Shown here: one piece after another, positions 51,643-62,200 of the stretch
Layout: each line of letters begins with the position of its first letter
Position numbering within the stretch: position 1 is the first letter of the stretch
NCBI GenBank assembly: GCA_045590195.1
Contig: JAZNQN010000073.1
Coordinates: 1,098-65,097, forward strand
Direction: 5' to 3'
DNA from: Clostridia bacterium
Lineage (GTDB): Bacteria; Bacillota; Clostridia; UMGS1883; UMGS1540
DNA: 64,000 nt
Translations under genes and position numbers: made by a program
Notes under the pieces: model-generated
Databases searched by the model: none
What the model saw: only the letters and a program-made list of their open reading frames with translations
What the model was told of the DNA's origin: nothing

Positions 51643-51772
51643 TACAAAGGCTATATTAGTGAGAAATCCGCATAAAGCGGATTTCTTCATATAGTATAAT
51701 TAAAATAGCAACAGCAATTAAAAAATCTTACAAATTACTTGCCTTTGTACGCTCTGTGCAGCGTGATGTGCC

Positions 51773-52519
51773 CTAAGCGTTTGCAATAACGGTAAAGTCA
51801 TCAACTTTAAGTGATGCGCCGCCTACAAGGCCGCCATCGATATCGCTGCAAGCGAAAAGTTCAGCTGCGTTTTTAGCGTTTACGCTACCGCCGTAAAGAA
51901 TTACAACATCGTCAGCAACTGCGCCGTAAAGCTCTTTTAAAAGTGCACGGATAGCTGAGCAAACTTCGTTAGCCTGCTGGGGTGTTGCAGTTTCGCCTGT
52001 GCCGATAGCCCAGATAGGCTCGTAAGCGATTACAACTTTTGTAATTTCGTCAGCAGAAATGCCGCGAAGAGCAATTTTCATCTGAGTTCTGATAAATTCA
52101 ATTGTAATGCCGTTTTTTCTCTGCTCCAAGGTTTCGCCGCAGCAAAGAACAGGTGTTAAACCTTTTTCGAGGGCTTTTAAAACTTTCGCGTTAACTGTTT
52201 CATCAGTTTCTGCAAAATATTCTCTTCTTTCAGAGTGACCGATAATAACGTGAGTTACACCGATATCGCAGAGCATATCAGGAGCGATTTCGCCTGTGAA
52301 TGCACCTTTTTCTTCAAAATACATATTCTGTGCACCAACTTTAATGTTTGTGCCTTTAGCAGCTTCAACTGCGGCAGGAAGGCAAACAGCTGTTGGGCAA
52401 ACGAGGATATCGTTTTTAGCATCTTTAGCTTTTTCTGCAAGTTCTTTTATAAATGCGCCACACTGTGATGGTAACATATTCATTTTCCAGTTACCTGCGG
52501 CAAGTTTATTTTTAGCCAT
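51773..52519 (-). CDS. tpiA: Triosephosphate isomerase
   Basis: 248 aa. [15 protein letters not shown] and [11 protein letters not shown] are canonical. Confidence 0.95.
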   Translation of the reverse strand: MAKNKLAAGNWKMNMLPSQCGAFIKELAEKAKDAKNDILVCPTAVCLPAAVEAAKGTNIKVGAQNMYFEEKGAFTGEIAPDMLCDIGVTHVIIGHSERREYFAETDETVNAKVLKALEKGLTPVLCCGETLEQRKNGITIEFIRTQMKIALRGISADEITKVVIAYEPIWAIGTGETATPQQANEVCSAIRALLKELYGAVADDVVILYGGSVNAKNAAELFACSDIDGGLVGGASLKVDDFTVIANA

Positions 52520-52543
52520 GATTATTTATCTCCTTAAAAATTA

Positions 52544-53740
52544 TTATTTGTCTTCCAAACAGTCAATACCTGGCAAAATCTTTCCTTCGAGGAATTCGAG
52601 GGAAGCACCGCCGCCTGTTGAAATATGTGTCATTTTATCAGCAAAGCCAAGTTTTTTAACAGCTGCAGCACTGTCGCCACCGCCGATAATTGTAACTGCA
52701 TCGGTTTCTGCCAAGGCTTTAGCAACTGCAATAGTACCTTTTGCAAGCACAGGGTTTTCGAAAACGCCCATAGGACCGTTCCAGATAACTGTTTTTGCAT
52801 TTTTAACTTCGGCAGCGAAAATTTCCTGTGTTTTTTCGCCGATATCAAGGCCCATCATATCAGCAGGGAAAGCGTCAGCATCAACATTTACAGGAGAAAC
52901 TTCTGCATCGATTGGGTCAGGGAAAGCATTAAGCGCTGCATTATCAACAGGGAGCAAAAGCTTTTTACCAAGCTTTTCAGCTTTTTCCATCATTTCTTTG
53001 CAGTAGTCAATTTTTTCATCGTCAACAAGTGAAGTACCAACTTCAAGGCCTTTTGCCTTTGCAAATGTGTAAGCCATACCGCCGCCGATAATAAGAGTGT
53101 CGCATTTTTCAAGAAGGTTTGAAATAACTGCCAGCTTATCTGCAACTTTAGCACCACCTAAGATTGCAACAAGTGGGCGCTGTGGACTGGCAAGTGCGTT
53201 ACCCATAATTTCGATTTCTTTCTGAATAAGATATCCGCAAACTGCAGGAATATAGTCAGCTACGCCTGCTGTTGAAGCATGTGCTCTGTGAGCTGCGCCG
53301 AAAGCATCATTTACGAATACATCTGCCATTGAAGCAAGTTCTTTAGCAAATTCGGGAACATTTTTTGTTTCCTCTGCGTGGTAACGAACGTTTTCTAAAA
53401 GGCAAACATCGCCATCATTTAAAGCCGCAACTGTAGCTTTTGCGCTTTCGCCAATAACATCTTCAGCCATTTTAACTTCTTTGCCAAGGTGCTCTGAAAG
53501 GCGTTTAGCAACAGGTTTAAGTGAAAATTCAGGTTTAAATTCGCCCTTTGGACGGCCAAGATGTGAGCAAAGAATAACTTTTGCGCCTTTTTCAATTAAA
53601 TATTTAATTGTAGGAAGCGCGCCAAGAATTCTGTTTTCATCAGTAATATTTTTGTCTGCATCAAGCGGAACATTAAAGTCGCAGCGAACAAGTACTCTTT
53701 TACCTGCTACTTCAATGTTTTCAATACTTTTCTTGTTCAT
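52544..53740 (-). CDS. pgk: Phosphoglycerate kinase
   Basis: 398 aa. [16 protein letters not shown] and the GGGDS/GGGASLE blocks are canonical. Confidence 0.95.
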   Translation of the reverse strand: MNKKSIENIEVAGKRVLVRCDFNVPLDADKNITDENRILGALPTIKYLIEKGAKVILCSHLGRPKGEFKPEFSLKPVAKRLSEHLGKEVKMAEDVIGESAKATVAALNDGDVCLLENVRYHAEETKNVPEFAKELASMADVFVNDAFGAAHRAHASTAGVADYIPAVCGYLIQKEIEIMGNALASPQRPLVAILGGAKVADKLAVISNLLEKCDTLIIGGGMAYTFAKAKGLEVGTSLVDDEKIDYCKEMMEKAEKLGKKLLLPVDNAALNAFPDPIDAEVSPVNVDADAFPADMMGLDIGEKTQEIFAAEVKNAKTVIWNGPMGVFENPVLAKGTIAVAKALAETDAVTIIGGGDSAAAVKKLGFADKMTHISTGGGASLEFLEGKILPGIDCLEDK

Positions 53741-53785
53741 AACAATTCTCCTTTTATATTCTAATTTTTACTAAACTTAGTTAAA

Positions 53786-54319
53786 TTATCCCTCGAAACC
53801 TCTTTTTATAGCTTTCATATTAAGCTCAAAGAGTTCGGGTTTGTTTTTAGGCATACTTTTCTGAACGCCTTTTTCCAAAGTTTCGTATGAAACGAAACCG
53901 CTTTTTGAAACATATGCACCGAGAAGTATCATATTAGCAAGCTTTTTGGCATTCATTTCTTCAGCCCATGCAGCTGCAGGAACTGCTATAACGTTTACAT
54001 CGTCTCTTGTAATTTCTTTTGGATCGATAAGTGTTGAGTCGATTACTATGTAGCCGCCCTCAACTACCGCATCCTGAAATTTTAAAAGCGATGGCAAATT
54101 CATTGCAAAGAGAGTTGTAGGTTTGATAATAAGGGGCGATGCAACAGGCTCATCAGAGCAGATAACATGGCAGTTAGCTGTTCCGCCGCGCATTTCGGGG
54201 CCGTAAGAAGGAAGCCACGAAACATTTTTATCAGCCGCAAGGCCTGTGTAAGCCAAAGCTTTACCAACAAACAAAACGCCCTGTCCGCCAAAACCTGCGA
54301 TAACAATTTCATTAGTCAT
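53786..54319 (-). CDS. 2-oxoacid:ferredoxin oxidoreductase, gamma subunit
   Basis: [14 protein letters not shown] and SYGPEMRGG are typical of the gamma domain. I moved the start to the ATG (MTNEIVI) that overlaps the beta-subunit stop. Confidence 0.85.
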   Translation of the reverse strand: MTNEIVIAGFGGQGVLFVGKALAYTGLAADKNVSWLPSYGPEMRGGTANCHVICSDEPVASPLIIKPTTLFAMNLPSLLKFQDAVVEGGYIVIDSTLIDPKEITRDDVNVIAVPAAAWAEEMNAKKLANMILLGAYVSKSGFVSYETLEKGVQKSMPKNKPELFELNMKAIKRGFEG

Positions 54320-55064
54320 TATTTTCAGCCCCCTTATCTTTGTATACACCCAGAGGATAGAAAGGCATCATATTTTCACGAAGCCATCCGATTGCCTCGG
54401 TAGGAGTAAGTCCCCAGTTTGTAGGGCAGGTTGATAAAACTTCTACAAGAGAGAAGCCCTTGCCTTCAAGCTGGTACTGAAAAGCTTTTTTAATAGCTGC
54501 TTTTGCTTTTTTAATGTTTGGAACAGAGTCTACCGCAACCCTTTCAAGGTAAGCTGCGCCGCCTGTCTGAGCCAAAAGCTCACAAACTTTTACAGGGTTA
54601 CCCTGAGTTTTAACGTCTCTTCCGTATGGAGAGGTTTGAGTTACCTGGCCCGGGAGTGTAGTAGGAGCCATCTGGCCGCCTGTCATACCATAAATTGCAT
54701 TATTTACGAAAATTGTTGTAATATTTTCGCCACGTGAAGCCGCGTGAACAGTTTCAGCAGTACCGATAGCGGCAAGGTCGCCATCGCCCTGATAAGTAAA
54801 TACAACGCTTTCAGGAAGGGCTCTTTTAACGCCTGTTGCAACAGCAGGTGCTCTGCCGTGAGCCGCTTCAATCATATCACAGTTAAAATAGTTATAAGCA
54901 AATACCGCACAGCCAACAGGTGCAACGCCAACAGTTTTGCCCTCTACCCCAAGCTCGTCGAGCACTTCTGCAACAAGGCGATGAATAATACCGTGTGTGC
55001 AGCCGGGGCAGTAATGAAGGGGCACGTCGCAAAGTGCGTGTGGTCTTCCGAATACTTTTTCCAT
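54312..55064 (-). CDS. 2-oxoacid:ferredoxin oxidoreductase, beta (TPP-binding) subunit
   Basis: 250 aa. N-terminal YCPGCTHG and the TPP motif GDGDLAAIG...[11 protein letters not shown]. Confidence 0.9.
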   Translation of the reverse strand: MEKVFGRPHALCDVPLHYCPGCTHGIIHRLVAEVLDELGVEGKTVGVAPVGCAVFAYNYFNCDMIEAAHGRAPAVATGVKRALPESVVFTYQGDGDLAAIGTAETVHAASRGENITTIFVNNAIYGMTGGQMAPTTLPGQVTQTSPYGRDVKTQGNPVKVCELLAQTGGAAYLERVAVDSVPNIKKAKAAIKKAFQYQLEGKGFSLVEVLSTCPTNWGLTPTEAIGWLRENMMPFYPLGVYKDKGAENND

Positions 55065-55065
55065 A

Positions 55066-56127
55066 TTATTTGCCCTCCTTCATCTTTTTAAGTGCATTTG
55101 CAATTTCATCAGGAGTTGGAACAACGCCGCCTGTTCTTCCGAAGAATTCAACAGGGCATTTGCCGTTTGCAGCAAGGCGAACATCTTCAACCATTTGTCC
55201 CATACTCATTTCAACAGTTAAAATGCCTTTTACTTTTGTAGCAATATCGCTGAAGTTTTTAGTTGGGAATGGCCAGAGAGTAATAGGTCTGATAAGGCCT
55301 ACTTTAATGCCTTCTGCCCTGAGAGCAGCAATAGCAGTTTTTGCAATACGGGCAGTTGTGCCGTAAGCTGCAATAACATACTCTGCATCTTCTACCATAT
55401 ATTCCTCAACTCTAACTTCGTTTTCTTCGATTTTAGCATATCTTTCGTATCTTTCAAGAACTGTTTTTTCCAAAACGTCAGGCTCGATATAAAGTGAGTT
55501 TGTAATGTTGTGTTCTCTCTTCATACCTGTTCCGTTTGTAGCGTAGTCACGCTCAGGAACATTTACTTCGTCCTCATCGCCAAATTCGATAGGCTCCATC
55601 ATCTGGCCAATCATACCGTCGCCAAGTACCATTACGGGAACGCGGTATTTTTCAGAAAGGTCAAATGCGTCTTTTGTAATATCAACAATTTCCTGAATTG
55701 AAGCAGGCGCTAAAACGATAAGGCGATAGTCGCCGTGTCCGCCGCCTTTTGTAGCCTGAAAATAGTCGCTCTGAGCAGGCTGAATACCACCAAGGCCGGG
55801 GCCGCCACGAACGATATTTAATATAACACATGGAAGGTCGCTGCCTGCTATGTAGGAAATACCTTCCTGTTTGAGGCTTATTCCGGGGCTTGAAGATGAA
55901 GTCATAACTCTTTTACCGGTTGAAGCCGCGCCGTAAACCATGTTAATTGCGGCAACTTCACTTTCAGCCTGCAAAAATACGCCGCCAATTTTTGGAAGGC
56001 GTTTTGCCATATATGCAGAAACCTCTGTCTGCGGAGTAATAGGGTAACCGAAAAACAATTTACAGCCGGCTCTTATTGCAGCCTCGGCAATTGCCTCGTT
56101 ACCTTTCATTAAAACTTTTTCAGCCAT
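55066..56127 (-). CDS. 2-oxoacid:ferredoxin oxidoreductase, alpha subunit
   Basis: 353 aa. [26 protein letters not shown] is the typical POR/KOR alpha N-terminus. Confidence 0.9.
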   Translation of the reverse strand: MAEKVLMKGNEAIAEAAIRAGCKLFFGYPITPQTEVSAYMAKRLPKIGGVFLQAESEVAAINMVYGAASTGKRVMTSSSSPGISLKQEGISYIAGSDLPCVILNIVRGGPGLGGIQPAQSDYFQATKGGGHGDYRLIVLAPASIQEIVDITKDAFDLSEKYRVPVMVLGDGMIGQMMEPIEFGDEDEVNVPERDYATNGTGMKREHNITNSLYIEPDVLEKTVLERYERYAKIEENEVRVEEYMVEDAEYVIAAYGTTARIAKTAIAALRAEGIKVGLIRPITLWPFPTKNFSDIATKVKGILTVEMSMGQMVEDVRLAANGKCPVEFFGRTGGVVPTPDEIANALKKMKEGK

Positions 56128-56143
56128 TTTCTATCATTCCTCT

Positions 56144-56350
56144 CTATTTGTAAACTTCGATTACGGTATCAGGGCACATTGTTGCACAAAAAGCACAGCC
56201 AATGCATTTATCCTGCTCTAAAACCTGTGCAGGGTGGAAACCTTTTTTGTTAATTCTGTCTTTTGCCATACCAACTATTTTTTTGGGGCAGGCAGAAACA
56301 CAAAGCTCACAGCCCTTACATCTATCCTCGTCAAATACTACTTTTGGCAT
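56144..56350 (-). CDS. 2-oxoacid:ferredoxin oxidoreductase, delta subunit (2x[4Fe-4S] ferredoxin)
   Basis: 68 aa with two CxxCxxCxxxCP motifs (CKGCELCVSACP and CIGCAFCATMCP). Confidence 0.9.
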   Translation of the reverse strand: MPKVVFDEDRCKGCELCVSACPKKIVGMAKDRINKKGFHPAQVLEQDKCIGCAFCATMCPDTVIEVYK

Positions 56351-56355
56351 AAAGA

Positions 56356-57006
56356 TTACTTCCTTTCCATATTTATATATAGTTTTAACCCTTTTACGGG
56401 ATTAGCTATCTTGTCTTTAAGTTTTTCTTTTAAACTCTCGGGCACAGTTGTAAAAATAATGGGAATACCGCTTCTGTGGCTTACCTCTTCCGCAAGGGCC
56501 TGGCCTTTTAAAACTGTTTCCTCATCGGTAAAGTGCGCTAAATGAGTGTTATTTATAAGGTGGGTAATTTTAAGGCGCGATGCACCTTCAATATTTCCCA
56601 TAAGCTCAATTACCTCGTCGGCCGTTTTGGTAAGGGGACGGGTGCCGCAGATTACAAAATACATTTCATAATCATTTTCATCGAAAAAGTTTTTGTATCT
56701 GCCAAGGGCAAAAGCGCCGTCATCATCGCCGCCAACATCAATAACCGATGGCTTTTCGCTTGTGAAAACTTTAATAATTTCGGCGGGCAGAGTCGGAATA
56801 TCAACATTTGTTGCAGCAAACTCCGAGGCAATAACCTCAACTCCCATTTTCTGAAGCTTTTCGCGGTGTTCCGCAGTTCTGTAATATGGGTTTACGGTGT
56901 CAAGATCAACAATTATTGAATTTTCGTGTTCAGTTGCAAGATTTATGGCAATTTCAGTTTTACCGCTGCCAAAATGACCTGTAACAATTTTAATCCTGCT
57001 CATCAT
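56356..57006 (-). CDS. SIMIBI-class P-loop NTPase (CooC/MinD/ParA-like), first gene of the oxidoreductase operon
   Basis: Walker A GHFGSGKTE and a Walker B-like VIDVGGDD. It ends 6 nt upstream of the delta subunit. The ORF-track GTG start lies in the RBS (GGTGAGGAG), so I use the next ATG. Confidence 0.55.
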   Translation of the reverse strand: MMSRIKIVTGHFGSGKTEIAINLATEHENSIIVDLDTVNPYYRTAEHREKLQKMGVEVIASEFAATNVDIPTLPAEIIKVFTSEKPSVIDVGGDDDGAFALGRYKNFFDENDYEMYFVICGTRPLTKTADEVIELMGNIEGASRLKITHLINNTHLAHFTDEETVLKGQALAEEVSHRSGIPIIFTTVPESLKEKLKDKIANPVKGLKLYINMERK

Positions 57007-57035
57007 ACTCCTCACCTTATATCATTATTCAATAT

Positions 57036-57065
57036 ATTATAACACATTTTTATTTTATTTGTAAA
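57036..57065 (-). promoter_or_regulatory. Sigma-A promoter for the P-loop / oxidoreductase operon
   Basis: On the minus strand: TTTACA, 18-nt spacer, TATAAT with an upstream TGTGT (extended -10). Confidence 0.45.
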
Positions 57066-57104
57066 GAGTTAATTGATAATTTTTTATCAAAAAACGAGAG
57101 GATT

Positions 57105-57383
57105 AGCCGCTCGCTCATAAGGAAGAATCGGTTTTAAAGCCATCTTTTTGGTTTATACTTTGTCAAAAAAGTCCGAAATACGAAAGTATTACGGACTTTT
57201 TGTTTCGCGTCTAAACACAAAAATCTGATATTTAAAACTGCTTTGCACCTTAAAATTTATAAGTTTGGATGCATAACAAAGAAAAAATGTGCATTAATCC
57301 TTGACGGATTATAAGCATTTTTTATGCAGTTAGGCGCCAAAATCGTATATTTTAAGGCGAATATTCCTTATGAGTGAGCGGCT
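57105..57383. repeat. 279-bp element bounded by 26-nt imperfect terminal inverted repeats (MITE-like or long hairpin)
   Basis: Left arm AGCCGCTCGCTCATAAGGAAGAATCG (57105-57130). The reverse complement of the right arm (57358-57383) is AGCCGCTCACTCATAAGGAATATTCG, giving 23/26 matches. Inside are CCTTAAAAT/ATTTTAAGG and a GAAA-looped terminator-like hairpin (57165-57201). Confidence 0.7.
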
Positions 57384-57398
57384 TTAGGCGGCTTTAAA

Positions 57399-58118
57399 TT
57401 ACTGCATATTACTTATATCTTTAACAATATATCCATCGGGAACATCAAAAATATCTGCAGGAACCTTTGTTGAAAGCTCAATAACCTGAATTATTTCCTC
57501 TGCTCCGTTTTTATTTACCTTAACATACCTGAGTGTTTTATCATCATAATAGAATTTTGTTACAGTTCCGTCGGCATTTTTAAATTCTTCGAAACCAAAT
57601 TTTTCGCCCTGGAATTCTTCTTCTCCTGTGTTCTGAAGAGCACTTTTTGCCTCCTCTGATGTTTTCACACTGATAAAATCAGTAAAACCTTCTTTCATAG
57701 AATCGGCAACCGGCGATGTTAAAACAGCCTTGCTGTCGTGAATTACGTAATAAAGCTTATCTCCATCAATAAATTTCACCTGAGTTCCAATTCTTTCGGC
57801 AGCCTTGTCGCCTTTAACTGCAATTTCAACCTTGGTAACTTTTCCGTCTTTTATGGAATTTTGAACTATGTAATATGTTCCGCCTGCAACATATTGTGAT
57901 AAAAATTCGCTTGTATAATCGCCCAAAACAGTTTCTTCGTCAATAATGTCTTTTTCAGCCTTAGGGTCAACCTTTCCAAATTCTTCCCTTTTAGTTTCTT
58001 CAACCTCAACGTGTACCTCAGATGGATTTTTTACCACCTCTTCCATTTTCGATTTTTCTTTTCCGCATCCGGCAATAATTACAAGCATTGCCAATATCAA
58101 AATACAAATTTTTTTCAT
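57399..58118 (-). CDS. Lipoprotein (hypothetical)
   Basis: The start is at MKKICILILAMLVIIAGCG (lipobox), after an AAAGGAGAG RBS. The longer ORF-track start would overlap dprA. Confidence 0.55.
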   Translation of the reverse strand: MKKICILILAMLVIIAGCGKEKSKMEEVVKNPSEVHVEVEETKREEFGKVDPKAEKDIIDEETVLGDYTSEFLSQYVAGGTYYIVQNSIKDGKVTKVEIAVKGDKAAERIGTQVKFIDGDKLYYVIHDSKAVLTSPVADSMKEGFTDFISVKTSEEAKSALQNTGEEEFQGEKFGFEEFKNADGTVTKFYYDDKTLRYVKVNKNGAEEIIQVIELSTKVPADIFDVPDGYIVKDISNMQ

Positions 58119-58137
58119 AAATTTACTCTCCTTTCCT

Positions 58138-59283
58138 TTACTTAAGCGAAAAATTTCTTCCTGCCTTTTCATAAACAATACCTTCTATCTGCATTGTTGT
58201 AAGTAAAACATTTAATTTGCTTGTTTCCATTCCAGTTTCAGCTTTCAGCTGTTCAAAATTTTTGTCGCCTGTTTTTAAAAGTTTTTTAATTATTTTCCTT
58301 TCGTCGCCTTCAGGCTCTTCCATGCTTTCTTTTATGCAGGAAATTTCAATTTCTTCTTTTTCGTTTGCCTTTTTATATTCCTCAAGAAAATCATCAATTT
58401 CAAAAAGATGCGGATACCTTGGCAAATACTCACTTAAAATTGTTTCTGCTCCTAAAATTGCCGTAGCGCCATCGCTTATAAGCTGATTCGCTCCCATAGA
58501 TACACGGCTTGTAATATTCCCCGGCAATGCAAACACATCCCTGTTTTGCTCTTTTGCATGGTTTGCAGTTATAAGGGCTCCGCTTCTTTGCGGGGCTTCA
58601 ACAACTGCAACACCAAGGGAAAGCCCGCTGAGTATTCTGTTTCTTTTATGAAAATTTTGTTGGCGAACTTCGTAATCAAAAGGAAATTCGCTGATAATTA
58701 ACCCCTCGTTTATAATTTTTTCTCTCAAAGCGCCATTTCCTGCCGGATAATCAATATTTATTCCACAAGCAGCAACGCCAATTGTTTTTCCTTTAACTTT
58801 TAAAGCTCCCTGATGCGCAGCACTGTCGCCGCCTATAGCAAGCCCACTTACAATAACCATTCCACACTCTGCCAGTTGCGATGAAATCTGCATTGCCGCC
58901 GTAAGGCCGTATGGCGTACTTGATCTTGTTCCAACTATACAAAAACAAAGCTGCTTTTTAAGAAGAGCAATATCTCCTTTGGTATACAAAAGTATAGGCG
59001 GGTCATAAATATTTAAAAGATTTTCGGGATATACATCGTCCTCTATGCAGACAAACTTCACACCATACTTTTCTGCCCTTTTAAATTCTTTTTCCGATTT
59101 TTTAAGGCTTTTGTCCAAAAGTAATTTTATCTGCTTTTCTGTAAGCAGTTTGCATTCAGTATAGTCCTCTTCGTCTGCTTCAAAAACTTTTTGTGCATCT
59201 CCAAAATATTCAACTAGTCTTACTTTTTTGTCTGTAGATATTTCTATTAAATTAAGCCATATATAATAAATGTATTTGTTCAT
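58138..59283 (-). CDS. dprA: DNA-processing protein DprA (Smf)
   Basis: 381 aa. Rossmann-like core IVGTRSSTPYG...SGLAIGGDSAAHQGAL...VVEA.QRSGALITA, with a C-terminal winged-helix extension. Confidence 0.9.
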   Translation of the reverse strand: MNKYIYYIWLNLIEISTDKKVRLVEYFGDAQKVFEADEEDYTECKLLTEKQIKLLLDKSLKKSEKEFKRAEKYGVKFVCIEDDVYPENLLNIYDPPILLYTKGDIALLKKQLCFCIVGTRSSTPYGLTAAMQISSQLAECGMVIVSGLAIGGDSAAHQGALKVKGKTIGVAACGINIDYPAGNGALREKIINEGLIISEFPFDYEVRQQNFHKRNRILSGLSLGVAVVEAPQRSGALITANHAKEQNRDVFALPGNITSRVSMGANQLISDGATAILGAETILSEYLPRYPHLFEIDDFLEEYKKANEKEEIEISCIKESMEEPEGDERKIIKKLLKTGDKNFEQLKAETGMETSKLNVLLTTMQIEGIVYEKAGRNFSLK

Positions 59284-59297
59284 AATGAAAATCTTCC

Positions 59298-62200
59298 CTA
59301 CTTAAGTGTACCTTTTGCTTCATAAAGTGGCGTTACACCATCCCATATAAACAGTTTATAATTTGTTGCTTTGCTACAACTGTAATTTACAGTTTTCATT
59401 TCACTGCTTTCCTCAAACCTTCGCGCCTTAACATCTCTCATAATGTTTTCATCGTCATAAAAAGCAACAAATACCCTTCTTGCCTCATCTGCACAATAAT
59501 TTATTGTAACAGTGCCATTCTCTACGCTTTCTTCCATATAGAATCCTAGTTTTTCAGCCGTTGGCGTTCCTATTGCAACTTTATAAGTTGCCGCTGCCTT
59601 CTTGCTTTCATATACTTGGTTTGTAAGAGTTTCTGATGTATCTAAAGTCACTTTTGAAAAATCAATTGGATTTCCAGAAGCATCAAAAAACGAAATATAC
59701 ATATTTATATTTTTATCTGAACAATAGTTTAACGATACAGTATTTCCTTCCCCTGTGCTTTCTTCTTCCATATAAAATCCAAGCTTTTCTGCTGTGGGCG
59801 TTCCTATTGCAATTTTATATGTTGCCGCTGCCTTCTTGCTTTCATATACTTGGTTTGTAAGAGTTTCTGATGTATCTAAAGTCACTTTTGAAAAATCAAT
59901 TGGATTTCCAGAAGCATCAAAAAACGAAATATACATATTTATATTTTTATCCGAACAATAGTTTATTGATACCTCATTTCCGCTTCCCGTACTTTCTTCT
60001 TCCATATAAAAGCCAAGCTTTGCAGCCGTTGGCGTTCCTATAGCAATTCTATGTGTTGCAGCTCTCGTTTCGCCTTTGCATTCTGCCGTAGTAAGCTTTT
60101 CTGAAGCTTTAAGCAAAACTTTTTCAAAACCTATTGCGTTTCCAAAAGTATCAAAATACGAAATATAAGCCTGTGTATCTTTTTCAGAACAGTATTCTAT
60201 TTCCGCAAGATTTCCTTCTCCTTCAACAGGAGTGCTCATATAAAATCCAATTGCAATTCTATATGTTGCAGCTCTCATTTCGCCTTTGCATTCTGCCATA
60301 GTAAGCTTTTCGGAAGCTTTAAGCAAAACTTTTTCAAAACCTATTGCGTTTCCAAAAGTATCAAAATACGAAATATAAGCCTGTGTATCTTCGGCAGAGC
60401 AGTATTCTATCTCCGTCAAATTGTCCTCGCCCGAAACTGCTGTACTCATATAAAATCCGAGTTTTTCTGCCACAGGTTCTCCAAAACAAGCTACATACGA
60501 GGTTGCGTTTTTGTTGCCTGTATATGTAACACTAGTAAACTTTTCAGAAACAGGCAATGTAACCTTTTTAAAATCAACCGCTTCGCCAAAGGTATCAAGA
60601 TATGTAATATATAAATCTGTTTCCGAATTTGCACAATAACTAATTTCAGCCGTATTTCCTTCTCCCTCTAAACCTTCAATGTAAAAGTTAAGTTTCGTAG
60701 CTGTAGGCTCTCCAATGCTTAAAAAGCATTCTGTCGCATCGTCATTTGAAAATTCTGTCTTTGTAAAGCTTTCGGTGCCTTCTAATATAGCCTTCTCAAA
60801 ACCAACGGGATTTCCGTCATCAAAATATGAAATATACGCATCTATATCTCTGTCTGAATAATGCTCAATTGTAGCCTTGTTTCCGTCTATCTGATATATA
60901 TGGAACAAATTGTCTTTATAATACGCATTGTTTATAAGCGGAATTTCAAATTTTGACTGATTTGTGCCGACATATGCATATGCAAATGTACCATCTTTTT
61001 TGTGAGCAAGGGCATACATATCTGAACCGTAAATTGCATCTACCTCGCCCCAGGCATCAACTGCCGCCTTCTGTGCAGTATAAGCTTTTCCCGATGAATA
61101 ACTTGCATAATGGCAAACTCCGTCATAATCAAGCCCTATTGTATAGTTATTTCCGCAGGCAACCTCTTTTATGTTTGTCCACGAAGACAAATCTCCTGAA
61201 AAATAAACTCCCTTTGTATTTTTCCCTGCCGAAACACAAGTTCCGTCTGCTTTAAGGCCTACTATGTGGTTTTGTCCTGCAAATATTTTTACTATTCCTG
61301 TCCAGGCAGAAACATCGCTTAAATCAGTTGCTGTATTATACGATTCAACATAAACTTTTCCTTCTTCATCAAGCGCCGCCGTAAAAAACTTTCCGCCTGC
61401 AATATCTACAATATTTTTATAGCTTTTTACATTTTTACTGCTATCGTAACTGCTGTAAAGCCTTTTGTCCCATCTCAAAGCACCAATAAGTCGGTTATCT
61501 TTTCCGGTAACATCAGTTGTATCAGGGTCAATCAGCCAGTAATACGATTCAGCCTTTTCAACACCTTTCCAGGTATCAATTCCTGCTTCTGTTTTCTCTG
61601 CTTCCTGTAAATTTGTTAATACGGTACCGTCATTGGTTACGCCTAAAAAGTAATCACTTATCTCATAAGCTGAAGAATACGATTTAGTAACAGAAAGATT
61701 CTTTGCTCCTTTAAAATCTTCCAACGAAGTTTTTCCTATTGTAGCAACGCTTCTGTCAGGAAGCAAAACGCCAATAGTTCTCGGTCCCGTAACAATCTGA
61801 GGAAGCGAAACTTCATAATTAAGAGGAACCATTTCAAGGTCAAATGTGTCAAGCGTTTCAGTAAACTCATTTATTGCAGTTTCATTCATAATATGCTGGA
61901 CCGAAAGATCGCTTTTCACTATTGTAGCAAAATAATTATTTCTGTATTTAAAAATTGTCACATCTTTAACGTCTTCAAAAGCAATTAACTCATCAACAAA
62001 TTCCTGCGACCATTCTACATCCAGCCCGATATATGTTCCGTCTGTAATAATTTTATCGTCATGTGTAATTGCAACAACAACGCCAACATCGTTAACTCCG
62101 GGAATAATTTTTATGTCTTTAATATCTTCTTCCCAACTGCCACAAAGCCATTCACTACCGGTTTCGGCCCCGTCAGCATCTTTTGTGTACACTCCAAGTC

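Noticed and set aside
51136-51690. ORFs 51136..51546 (+) and 51472..51690 (-) in the tpiA-gpmI spacer
   Set aside because: The first is mostly antisense to gpmI. The second lies in the repeat insert, has no RBS and has a low-complexity translation.
52296-53032. Long plus-strand ORFs (236 aa and 135 aa) across tpiA/pgk. Similar antisense ORFs occur in gpmI, hup (44931..45389), thyX (38093..38518), GH20 (18385..19020) and the NagB-like gene (4318..4818).
   Set aside because: All are antisense shadows of strongly supported conserved genes, without RBSs.
59574-60475. Near-identical repeat pairs as a DGR template/variable repeat pair, or as a CRISPR-like array
   Set aside because: The repeats are in-frame tandem modules of a single ORF. 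Differences between copies are not adenine-specific. No reverse transcriptase or cas genes are in the window, and there are no unique spacers.
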